From a virus (Duplodnaviria; Caudoviricetes), in the IMG/VR virus record IMGVR_UViG_3300021319_000137, positions 1 to 64,000 of that record: a stretch of DNA of 64,000 bases; one strand, given 5' to 3'. The notes under the pieces were generated by a model. It made no database searches. It saw nothing but the letters and a program-made list of their open reading frames with translations, and was not told the origin of the DNA. Made by a program: the position numbers and the translations under genes. Below, piece by piece: positions 19,405 through 27,667 of this stretch; the stretch's first letter is position 1, and the number at the start of each line of letters is the position of its first letter.

Positions 19405-19961
19405 GCAATCCTGATGTAAATATCGTCATCAAACGGATCCTGCGGGACATCGCCGTGGAGCTGAGCGACGAGTTTGACAAGAACTTCGAGCGCCAGGCAT
19501 TCTTTTCCGAGGCATGGCAACGTCGCCGCACTCCGACGCGCCCGGGCGGTCACATCCTGGTTGACAGCGGGGCATTGCGTCGCAGCATCCAGAGCCGCAC
19601 GACAGACAACAGTATCAGCTTCTACACGACGCTACCATACGCTGCCATCCACAACGAGGGAGGCGAGATCAAGGTGACAAATCGCATGAAGGCCTTCTTC
19701 TGGCACAAATACTACGAGGCTACCGGCTCCTTCGGTCGCAAAAAGAACGGCGAGCGCCGGAATGACAAGCGCACCGTGCAACTGAGCACCGAGGCCGAGT
19801 TCTGGAAGTGGATGGCCCTGAAGAAGGAGGGCAGTACCATCAAGATTCCGAGGCGTCAGTTCCTTGGTGCCAGCCCCGAAGTTGAGAAGGCCGTGCGCGA
19901 GATCATCGAGGAGAACCTAGCCGATTACTTTGAACATGACTTAAAGTTTGAGATGAAATGA
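19401..19961 (+). CDS. phage virion morphogenesis protein (Mu gpG-like)
   Basis: LVDSGALRRSI, YAAIHNEGG, IPRRQFLG. Confidence 0.85.
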   Translation: MSNPDVNIVIKRILRDIAVELSDEFDKNFERQAFFSEAWQRRRTPTRPGGHILVDSGALRRSIQSRTTDNSISFYTTLPYAAIHNEGGEIKVTNRMKAFFWHKYYEATGSFGRKKNGERRNDKRTVQLSTEAEFWKWMALKKEGSTIKIPRRQFLGASPEVEKAVREIIEENLADYFEHDLKFEMK

Positions 19962-20368
19962 GAAAGGAGATTTACATCAAAGTGAAAGCCGCACTGCTGG
20001 AGATGCCAGGATCACCAGTGAAGCATGTTGACCTGTGGAACCAGAATGTGGCTTTTATTGAGCAGGAGGAGGCCTGGCCACGTCCTGCCGTATTCATTGA
20101 GTTCGAGCCTATAGAATGGCGCGGTCAGAAGTCAGACGGTTACCGCACGAACGGGTTGCTGCGTCTGCACATCGTCACCGACTGGGATGGCCAGGAGTCA
20201 TCGCTGGCGGTGTTTGACCTGTGTGAGGATGTCCGGAATGCACTGATTGATTTGAGCAGTGACACCTTCATCGGTTTGAAGCTGGCGCGAAGCTACACCA
20301 ACCACAACCACGAGGATCTTGTGGAGAGCATCGAGGTGTTCGAGTATGGTGGCGAATGGGTGCCATAG
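19958..20368 (+). CDS. putative tail terminator/neck protein
   Basis: VDLWNQN...PAVFIEF pattern; follows the gpG-like gene. Confidence 0.55.
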   Translation: MRKEIYIKVKAALLEMPGSPVKHVDLWNQNVAFIEQEEAWPRPAVFIEFEPIEWRGQKSDGYRTNGLLRLHIVTDWDGQESSLAVFDLCEDVRNALIDLSSDTFIGLKLARSYTNHNHEDLVESIEVFEYGGEWVP

Positions 20369-20432
20369 AGTTGTAGAATATTGCCTATTGGTGAATTTGT
20401 TGTATATTTGTGCCCTTCAAGGGACAAAAACG

Positions 20433-20891
20433 ATGAAACCAAATCAGGCATCAATCTACCGGGACATCGAACGGCTGCTGGAGTGGTCTATTCCAGTGGT
20501 CGAACGATTACCTCGTTCCCTGCCTTATAAAGAGCTCGGCGGCAAACTCGTCCTTGACCTCGCGGAGGCGTTGGACTTTGTAGTGCTCGCCTTCCAGGCT
20601 AATGGAACTCTGGAGCGTGTGGAGTGTATCAATGGCGTGATCATGCGCATGACATCGGTCAAAACAACCTACCGGCTGTTGAACCGTGTCCGTACTGATG
20701 CCATATCACACGGTCAGTATGCCCAAGCGCTTGACATGTTGAACGTCATCGCTGATCAGGCTGGAAAGTGGCTCAAAAAGAACAGGGCTTTGCTTGCTGA
20801 GCAGCAGAACAAGGAGAAACCCACTGTGTCAACACACAACGTGAATCCTGTTCAGCCAACGCTGTTCTCAGACGAAGAACTGGGGCGGTAA
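20433..20891 (+). CDS. avd: DGR accessory variability determinant (Avd-like four-helix bundle)
   Basis: LPRSLPYKELGGKL ... ISHGQYAQ ... QAGKW pattern; directly upstream of TR/RT; TATATTTG at 20402-20409. Confidence 0.75.
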   Translation: MKPNQASIYRDIERLLEWSIPVVERLPRSLPYKELGGKLVLDLAEALDFVVLAFQANGTLERVECINGVIMRMTSVKTTYRLLNRVRTDAISHGQYAQALDMLNVIADQAGKWLKKNRALLAEQQNKEKPTVSTHNVNPVQPTLFSDEELGR

Positions 20892-20898
20892 GACATTC

Positions 20899-22416
20899 AT
20901 GGCGATTACGGTTACTATGAATCATCCCCTATCATTAAACGGGCGTGGCACTGCGCAAGACGTAGTTAGGAAACGGGCAGCCCACGCATCATCGCTTGAC
21001 GCTTCTGGCGCGTGGTATCTCCATGGCGGGAATGGCCAGGTCAACAACAACAACAATAAGAACAATTCCAGGGCCGTGAGGGCGGTGGTCGCGCTTGGTG
21101 ATGAGGAGAAAGAAGGGTGGGTTGATGCCTATTTTGATTGCCTGAGGCACAAACTCAGGGCTAAACAGTGTGGTGAATATAGAACTGACTTCGAGGGTGA
21201 CCTGTGGCGGCTTGTAGGTGAAGTCCATGACCGCACCTATCAACCAAGCGAAGCATTTTGCTTCATCGTCACCAGACCAAGAACCCGTGAAATATTCGCC
21301 GCTGCCTTCCGAGACCGTATCGCCCAGCATTGGATAACCATCAGGCTGGAACCGCTGCTTGAGCGCCGCTTCCGCTCCCAAGGTGATATATCGTTTAATT
21401 GCCGCAAAGGCTATGGCTCCATGAGAGCTGTGCAGACTGCTAAAGGCCACATTGAGCGTGTCAGTGAACGCTACACCCGGGAAGCATGGATTGGGAAGAT
21501 AGATATCTCCGGTTTCTTTATGAGCATTGACAAGGGTATCCTGCTTGATAAGCTGCTGCCGTTCATCCGTGAGAACTATCAGGGCAATGATCTTGATACG
21601 TTGTTATGGCTGACTGAAATAACGGTAAGACATGAACCCCAACTATACTGTGAGCGTCGTTCACCTGAATGGATGTGGAACGATCTCCCAGATAACAAGT
21701 CGCTATTCACGATGCCAAGTGGCAAAGGCATGGCCATCGGTAATATCACTTCCCAGCTGCTGGCGAACTTCTACCTGTCATACTTTGATGAGTTCATGAT
21801 CGAGGAGTGTTCCTACACTGGCGCAGGTTATGTTCGTTTCGTCGATGACGCGCTGATCATCGCCAACGACAAACGCTTCATCATCGACCTGCGCAAGAAG
21901 GCGACGCAGTGGCTGAAGAAGAATCTCAAACTGCAATTGCACAAGGACAAGTTCTACCTGCAGCCCGCCACGCACGGCGTGAAATTCGTCGGCTGTGTCC
22001 TCAAGCCAGGCCGAACGTACACGGCGAACCGAACCCTGGGCAACATGACCAGGCGTGTCATGCAGACCAACAGCCTGTGCCGGGACATCATCGAGAACGG
22101 CCCGACACTTGAGAACCTGAAACTGCTGAAACGCCACGTCTGCAGCCTCAATTCCTACATGGGCTTTTGTGTCCATAACTACACCTTCAACCAGCGACGG
22201 AAGATGTTCAGCAACGCCACATATTTCTGGAAGTGTTGCAACATACAGCATCGGTTCTCGGTGGTGAAGGTCAAGAAGAAGTACAATTATTTTTTGTTCC
22301 TTGTTAAAACAGACCAATTACAACATGAGACAGCAATCAGAAATCTTGCCCCCCTTGGTAAGCGTAAGGCGCGAACTGGGGCAAAACATCTTCACCGTGG
22401 CGTTCAACGTCACTGA
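20899..22416 (+). CDS. DGR reverse transcriptase
   Basis: REIFAAAFRDRI, KIDISGFF, GMAIGNITSQ (DGR-type SQ), YVRFVDD; true start uncertain. Confidence 0.93.
   Translation: MAITVTMNHPLSLNGRGTAQDVVRKRAAHASSLDASGAWYLHGGNGQVNNNNNKNNSRAVRAVVALGDEEKEGWVDAYFDCLRHKLRAKQCGEYRTDFEGDLWRLVGEVHDRTYQPSEAFCFIVTRPRTREIFAAAFRDRIAQHWITIRLEPLLERRFRSQGDISFNCRKGYGSMRAVQTAKGHIERVSERYTREAWIGKIDISGFFMSIDKGILLDKLLPFIRENYQGNDLDTLLWLTEITVRHEPQLYCERRSPEWMWNDLPDNKSLFTMPSGKGMAIGNITSQLLANFYLSYFDEFMIEECSYTGAGYVRFVDDALIIANDKRFIIDLRKKATQWLKKNLKLQLHKDKFYLQPATHGVKFVGCVLKPGRTYTANRTLGNMTRRVMQTNSLCRDIIENGPTLENLKLLKRHVCSLNSYMGFCVHNYTFNQRRKMFSNATYFWKCCNIQHRFSVVKVKKKYNYFLFLVKTDQLQHETAIRNLAPLGKRKARTGAKHLHRGVQRH
20998..21093 (+). repeat. 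DGR template repeat (TR)
   Basis: 96 nt matching 49021-49119; all substitutions are at TR adenines, plus one 3-nt indel. Confidence 0.92.
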
Positions 22417-23149
22417 GGTTGAGAACGGTTATGAATTTGAGACGGCAGAGCTGCCGCCTGGTGTGTGGCGTCGTGACCTGATCATCTCGGCGATTATCCG
22501 CTCACGTTATAACACCGATGACATGGAGGCCATCCATAACAACGTGCTGGCCGACCTGACAGATAAGGAGGCCAAGGCCGCGCATACAGCTATGCAGCAG
22601 TGGCGCACTAAAGCTAAGCAGTGGTCACGTGAACTGATGACATGGGCAGAGGAGAATGGCCTGGCACAGGCTGAGCTGATGCCTGACCCAGAACCTCACG
22701 CCCCGGATGACACTGTTGAGGGTTATGACGGGGTGGCCACCCTTTCGGCCGCTGTTGAACTGGCCAAGGGCCAGGCAACAGATCTGGAGGACGAGACGGC
22801 TGCCAAGTTACCCGAATTGTTCCCGCTGTGGATTAACCAGCTCGGGCAGCAGCTTCATGCCGGTGAGCGTTATAGCTTCGTAGGCCGATTGTGGAAAGTG
22901 CTCCAGGATCACACGGCGCAGGCCGACTGGATGCCGGACACGACGCCCTCATTATTTGCTGAGGTGGCCGCTGATCAGGAGCAGGGCACCATCGACAACC
23001 CGATTCCCTACAACGGTAATATGGCTCTTGAAGAGGGCAAGTATTACACACAGGGAGGTGTCGTTTACCTGTGCATCCGTGACACCATCAATCCGGTGTA
23101 TAACGATCTGAGCGCCCTTGTGGGCTTGTATGTCCAGATCGTTGAGTAG
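22325..23149 (+). CDS. phage protein with C-terminal carbohydrate-binding (CBM5/12-like) modules
   Basis: YSFVGRLWKVLQDHTAQADWMP and YYTQGGVVYLC motifs; overlaps the RT 3' end. Confidence 0.6.
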   Translation: MRQQSEILPPLVSVRRELGQNIFTVAFNVTEVENGYEFETAELPPGVWRRDLIISAIIRSRYNTDDMEAIHNNVLADLTDKEAKAAHTAMQQWRTKAKQWSRELMTWAEENGLAQAELMPDPEPHAPDDTVEGYDGVATLSAAVELAKGQATDLEDETAAKLPELFPLWINQLGQQLHAGERYSFVGRLWKVLQDHTAQADWMPDTTPSLFAEVAADQEQGTIDNPIPYNGNMALEEGKYYTQGGVVYLCIRDTINPVYNDLSALVGLYVQIVE

Positions 23150-23169
23150 TTGGTTGTGGGGCAAATGAA

Positions 23170-23287
23170 AAGCCCCCAGCCCTGTCAAAAGTCGTCCTAC
23201 TTACTTAAAAACAGTACCCACACAGGGAGAGGCTGGAGGCTTGTGCCTTCTTCCTCCATGTGTGGGCTGTTTTGTTGTAAGTAGGAC
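23170..23287 (+). ncRNA. candidate structured RNA / cis-regulatory element
   Basis: Three interleaved inverted-repeat pairs (see findings). Confidence 0.5.
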
Positions 23288-23315
23288 ACCGCAAAGGTAC
23301 AATTTTTTTCAGAAA

Positions 23316-23558
23316 ATGACACTATTTGAAGCATTATCGATCAATAAAGAGATGATCAATCGTTTGCAGGCTTTTGGTGCCAAAGCTGACGACTGGCGCT
23401 ATCTTGACCTGTATCGAGACTACCAGCGGATGCACCAGGAGGGGGATAAGGTGACCTATATCGTCTCTGTCCTGAGTGAGCGTTACCATGTGAGCGAGCG
23501 CAAGATCTACAGCCTGGTCAAACGCTTCGGTACCGACTGCACGGTTGATGCAGTGTGA
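23316..23558 (+). CDS. small HTH protein upstream of the methylase
   Basis: LSERYHVSERKIYSLVKRF. Confidence 0.7.
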   Translation: MTLFEALSINKEMINRLQAFGAKADDWRYLDLYRDYQRMHQEGDKVTYIVSVLSERYHVSERKIYSLVKRFGTDCTVDAV

Positions 23559-23608
23559 TTGCTCGATCTTGTGCCGCATGGGTTGGTTGGATTGCCGACC
23601 TTTGCGGT

Positions 23609-24432
23609 ATGGAAACGAAAAAACTGTACATGTCGGCGCCGCTTCCTTTCGTAGGTCAGAAGCGGAACTTTGCCAGACCATTCATCAAGGTGCTGGAGCA
23701 ATATCCTGACGGCACCACCTTTGTTGACCTGTTCGGTGGCAGCGGCTTGCTGTCACATATCGCCAAGCACCAGAAACCGCATAGCAAGGTTGTCTATAAC
23801 GACTATGATAACTACCGCGAGCGCCTGGTGCGCATTCCCGAGACCAATGAGCTGCTTGCCAAGCTGCGCGAGATCACTGCTGGCATCCCCAGGAAGTCGC
23901 CCATCATGGGCGAGGCACGTGAGCGGGTGCTTGCCACCATCGCCGCCCATGAGGCGCGATATATATCACCTTGTCCCCATCGATCCTGTTCTCTATGAAG
24001 TACCTGTTGAGCCTTGATGCGATTCGGAAAGAGGGGCTTTATAACAAGATCCGCACCACTGACTTCGCCCCTGCAGGTGACTACCTTGAAGGCTTGACCG
24101 TCACCAGTGCCGATTACCGCGAGGTGTTTGCCCAGTACAAAGACGAGCCGAATGTGGTGTTCCTGGTTGACCCGCCCTACCTGAGCACCGAAGCGGGAAC
24201 ATACAGGATGTATTGGAAGCTGAGTGACTACCTTGATGTGCTGAACGTGCTGAGGGCCCACCGCTTCATCTACTTCACCAGCAACAAGTCGAGCATCCTG
24301 GAACTGTGCCAATGGCTGGGTAAGAACCGAGACCTGGGCAATCCCTTTGCCGGCTGCCAGATGGTAGAGTTCCGCGCCCAGATGAACTACAGCGCATCCT
24401 ATACCGACATGATGATTTATAACGCCGCTTAA
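23609..24432 (+). pseudogene. phage N6-adenine methyltransferase split by a frameshift near 23960
   Basis: PLPFVGQK/DLFGGSG in the first frame and VDPPY in the second; junction at (AT)4, 23959-23966. Confidence 0.8.
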
Positions 24433-24469
24433 ACGTGTAAGTACGAGCCAGTGGCTCGCAATACAAGAC

Positions 24470-24506
24470 AAGAATCGACACAGTGCTGAGGCTGTGCCGA
24501 TTCTTT
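24470..24506. terminator. likely bidirectional terminator between convergent operons
   Basis: AAGAATCGACACAG ... CTGTGCCGATTCTT hairpin. Confidence 0.5.
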
Positions 24507-24523
24507 GTACTATGCGAGTATTG

Positions 24524-24733
24524 TCAGAGGGCTTTGCCCATGGCTATGCCCACAATCGCTATCAATAGACCAAGTTGGGCTTCCTTGTCATCAATGTCGC
24601 TCATGCTGATGTTGACCGGCTTCTCGGTGGCTTTGTCCCATATTTCCTGGTTTAATTCAACGCCAGCGAGAGTTGCTACTGTTGCCACCTGGTCGCGGCT
24701 AAATTCGATGTTAACGGTTAATTTCTTGTCCAT
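24524..24733 (-). CDS. small hypothetical protein with hydrophobic C-terminus
   Basis: 69-aa ORF. Confidence 0.55.
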   Translation of the reverse strand: MDKKLTVNIEFSRDQVATVATLAGVELNQEIWDKATEKPVNISMSDIDDKEAQLGLLIAIVGIAMGKAL

Positions 24734-24748
24734 GATGATAGTTGTATA

Positions 24749-24934
24749 TTATGGTTTATAGATGCCGAATATGGACCCGATAACGAGGGTGAGGAGTAAG
24801 ACCACGCCGGTCATTACGACTGACAGGAATATCAGAATGCCGGTTTTTGTCCTTATTCTGTCCCGGTGGATCTGCCTGTTGATCTTCTCGTCGATGCAGT
24901 ACCGGTTGCGTTTTTTTGCTATTTTTTTGTCCAT
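24749..24934 (-). CDS. small membrane protein
   Basis: Basic N-terminus and one long hydrophobic helix. Confidence 0.55.
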   Translation of the reverse strand: MDKKIAKKRNRYCIDEKINRQIHRDRIRTKTGILIFLSVVMTGVVLLLTLVIGSIFGIYKP

Positions 24935-24961
24935 GATAGTTGCTAATTCAAAAAATGGCGT

Positions 24962-25030
24962 TATATTTGCAAACAGATTAGCATTGAGATTGAGCCTTGG
25001 ATTGTAACTCCAGGTAGTTCTTTCTCTTTG
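24962..25030 (+). ncRNA. candidate small RNA with a tRNA-Tyr(GUA) anticodon-like stem-loop
   Basis: TATATTTG promoter (24962-24969) facing the MuF gene; CTTGGA-TTGTAAC-TCCAGG hairpin at 24996-25014. Confidence 0.45.
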
Positions 25031-26338
25031 CTATTTCTTTTTTATATATTTCTTTATTGTTTCTGGATTGTCGGAGATTGAGTGTAGTACATATTCTCCC
25101 CAGTCCCATTCCCAGACAATTATGCACTGTTCTTCTCCCTTGACCGTAGTAGAGAAAATATGGCTTTGCACAACTCTATCCCTACGTTTGTGTGGCGGCA
25201 ATGTAGCAGGGCCTAGGTACTCACTCTCTTCAAGCACTTCGTTAATTCTTAACAATAATTTGTTTTTCTCTTGATAGTGTTTGTTTGGTTGATTTGTCCA
25301 CTCCGAGATAGATGCCCTCGAAATATTAATAGGATGAGGGAAATGTGATGTTGTAATTGAAGTTCCTTGTAGTGGTTTAGCGAGCTTTCTTGTTTGTTTG
25401 GCATCGGCATTAGCCAAAACCCTAACTATACGACAAGCGGCACATAGTTCATTCTCAGGAACGAATGCCAGGTTGACCTTACCCTGGGCGATGTCGCAGT
25501 CCCGGCAGCGGCTGATGGTGTAGGGATTGTAGTCCGGGAACGTCTTGCCTTCCTTGCCCGAGTTGAAGCGGAAGATGCCGCGCGTGTCCTTCTGCAGGGC
25601 TTCCTCGCCCCTGGCACGCGCCTCTTCAGGATCTGTCACCGGGTACTTTGACTTGCGGACCTGGGCCACTGTGCAGCGGCAGTTCCAGCCATTGGGCGGG
25701 TAGTAAGTCTCCCAGAACGGGTCAGAGGGTGGCAGCGTCACCCCATCGAGGGCGGCGTGCTCAGGCCTTACCTTTTCATCATGCTGAGTGCGGTACTGCA
25801 GGTTGTAGCGGTCACCGTCGGCCTCGATCTGCTCCCACTTGGCCGCCATGTCTGCCGAAGCCTGGCAGAAGTTGTACTCGGCCCGCAGGTAGTTTTTATT
25901 GTAGGTGCTATCGATGGCTTGAACGTCATTCAAAAAGCGTTCAAAGGGCTTTCTCTCGCCATTCTCGTCGATGAGTGAGGGAAAGGCCTCGTTCAACTCA
26001 TGGAAGGCCTTAAAGCCCGAGAATATGAAGTTGGAACGCTCCAGCCGGTGTCGCATAGCATCAGACATCGATACCTGCTGCATAGAGTGGTTCAGCGCGT
26101 CGGCATGTGTGCCGATGAAGTCAGTGACCTCGGGTTCCTGGATGACCTGGATGTCGAGCATAGCGCCCTCCTGGCGGTAGAGCGCGTGCATCATTCCCTC
26201 GAACGCCTTGCCCACCCGGTCACGGATCTGCTGCTCGAGATCTTCACGAGCGAGAGTGACGGCGGTAATGAAGCCCTCACGGCCCAGTATTTCGGCATAA
26301 CGCTGGTGCAGCCCCGCATAGTCGGCGGGGCTCAGTCG
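25031..26338 (-). CDS. MuF / SPP1 gp7-like head morphogenesis protein with C-terminal extension; likely reached by -1 frameshift from portal
   Basis: LQYRT..D.KVRPEH, PPNGWNCRC; frame open from the portal end with no canonical start before GTG 26215. Confidence 0.8.
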   Translation of the reverse strand, partial: RLSPADYAGLHQRYAEILGREGFITAVTLAREDLEQQIRDRVGKAFEGMMHALYRQEGAMLDIQVIQEPEVTDFIGTHADALNHSMQQVSMSDAMRHRLERSNFIFSGFKAFHELNEAFPSLIDENGERKPFERFLNDVQAIDSTYNKNYLRAEYNFCQASADMAAKWEQIEADGDRYNLQYRTQHDEKVRPEHAALDGVTLPPSDPFWETYYPPNGWNCRCTVAQVRKSKYPVTDPEEARARGEEALQKDTRGIFRFNSGKEGKTFPDYNPYTISRCRDCDIAQGKVNLAFVPENELCAACRIVRVLANADAKQTRKLAKPLQGTSITTSHFPHPINISRASISEWTNQPNKHYQEKNKLLLRINEVLEESEYLGPATLPPHKRRDRVVQSHIFSTTVKGEEQCIIVWEWDWGEYVLHSISDNPETIKKYIKKK

Positions 26339-26347
26339 AAAAAAGGG
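26310..26347 (-). promoter_or_regulatory. putative -1 programmed ribosomal frameshift signal
   Basis: C CCU UUU UUC slippery run, 5-nt spacer, 8-bp stem AGCCCCGC/GCGGGGCU. Confidence 0.7.
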
Positions 26348-27657
26348 CGCACAGTCGCCTCCTGCTGGCCGTTTTGCTCTCCAGTGGGTGTTTCCTTACC
26401 TTTGCCCTCTTCATCATCCTGGGGCGGTTCTGTGGGCGGATTATTGGCATTGTTGCGGCGCTCACCTACCGGCATACCGTATTTATCTTCGAAATAGGAC
26501 GGGTCCACCTCATAGTTATTGAGCACCATGGTCTCATAGTTCACCTGCTGCTCGGGTGAATAGTCCACCGAATAGTCCCAGTCGAAGCGCAGCCCATTGA
26601 GCGGGAAACCATGACGGATCATGCGCGGGATGAGTTGGTCGTTAACGATGTCGCGGATGCTGTCGCAGTCAGCCTCGATGATGTTCTCGAAGACCTCCAG
26701 GTGAGTTTCGGACTGGCTGAGCGAGCTACCGTCCTCGATGGTCATGGTCTGTCCAATGATAAGCTTTGAGAGTTCACTGTTGGCCCTCTCAATGCGCCGG
26801 TCATAGACGTTGAAGGCATCGCCGCGTGAAGACTCGACCACCTCAATCTCGGTACCCTGCTGGAAAATGCCCCAGCCCTCGGTACCCATGTCGGCCATCA
26901 TCTTTTCCATGCGCTTCATCTCTTTATCGTCTCGAGTCGTAGTCCTGGCGATGCGCATTGGCATCCCGAAGATCTCGGCAAAAGTGTCCCAAAAGGCCAG
27001 CGCATTTTTCTTGGGGATGGTCTGTGTGGCCGCCTTGAGGAACAGTCCCAGGTTATCGGGCCGTCCTACCTCGATGAGCCAGTCACTGAACGGCGGTTGC
27101 CGATAGTCGATACCGGTGCTCCAGTCCTGCCCCAGGTCGGTGATGACGCGCCCGTATTCCGGTATGACGTGTTTGCGTGGAATCAGTTTGACCCCATTAT
27201 ATGCGAGTTTGCCGTCGCCAGCAGTGATGACATCCCCCAGCTCGATGAGCGAGTGTCCCCAATAGTTCGCATCGAGTGCGAGCTTGATCAGATCTTTGAA
27301 CCAGGCAGCGTCAAAGAAGCCCAAAGCACCTTCATCCTCGTCGCCGCTCTCGTTGACCAGCTTAAACGATCGCGCCATGACAAAGCCCTCGCGCTGCTGG
27401 ATACATCCGGAGAGGTGTAGATCAACAGCGACATCGCGGTAGATGTCATAGAGGGGTTGTCGGTTGGGGTAGTCCACGTTGATGGCCATCTGCCAAGCGG
27501 TGCGCCAGTCGCCGATGTCGCGTCTGGTGAGCGAGTCGGTGGTGCGCTGCAGCTGCATGACCGTTTTCTTGAACCTGGCCACGTCTTTCTTGGCGAGACG
27601 GAATGTGCCGAAAGGCGTCTCGAGCACCTGTTTATCGGTATTCTTTTTCTTGCTCAT
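26332..27657 (-). CDS. portal protein (DUF935, Mu gp29-like)
   Basis: WDTFAEIFGMPMRIART, ELSKLIIGQTMT, SLSQSETH. Confidence 0.85.
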   Translation of the reverse strand: MSKKKNTDKQVLETPFGTFRLAKKDVARFKKTVMQLQRTTDSLTRRDIGDWRTAWQMAINVDYPNRQPLYDIYRDVAVDLHLSGCIQQREGFVMARSFKLVNESGDEDEGALGFFDAAWFKDLIKLALDANYWGHSLIELGDVITAGDGKLAYNGVKLIPRKHVIPEYGRVITDLGQDWSTGIDYRQPPFSDWLIEVGRPDNLGLFLKAATQTIPKKNALAFWDTFAEIFGMPMRIARTTTRDDKEMKRMEKMMADMGTEGWGIFQQGTEIEVVESSRGDAFNVYDRRIERANSELSKLIIGQTMTIEDGSSLSQSETHLEVFENIIEADCDSIRDIVNDQLIPRMIRHGFPLNGLRFDWDYSVDYSPEQQVNYETMVLNNYEVDPSYFEDKYGMPVGERRNNANNPPTEPPQDDEEGKGKETPTGEQNGQQEATVRPFFD

Positions 27658-27667
27658 GATGTGTCAA

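Noticed and set aside
20975-20997. Extending the TR upstream to match the VR's WTSTEY region
   Set aside because: Mismatches are at non-adenine TR positions and need gaps
20899-22416. RT as a group II intron or retron
   Set aside because: SQ motif, avd neighbour and an A-specific TR/VR pair identify a DGR; no maturase X domain or retron VTG motif seen
24996-25014. Anticodon-like hairpin as a real tRNA gene
   Set aside because: No D arm, T arm (GTTCRA) or acceptor stem is visible; kept only as a possible mimic
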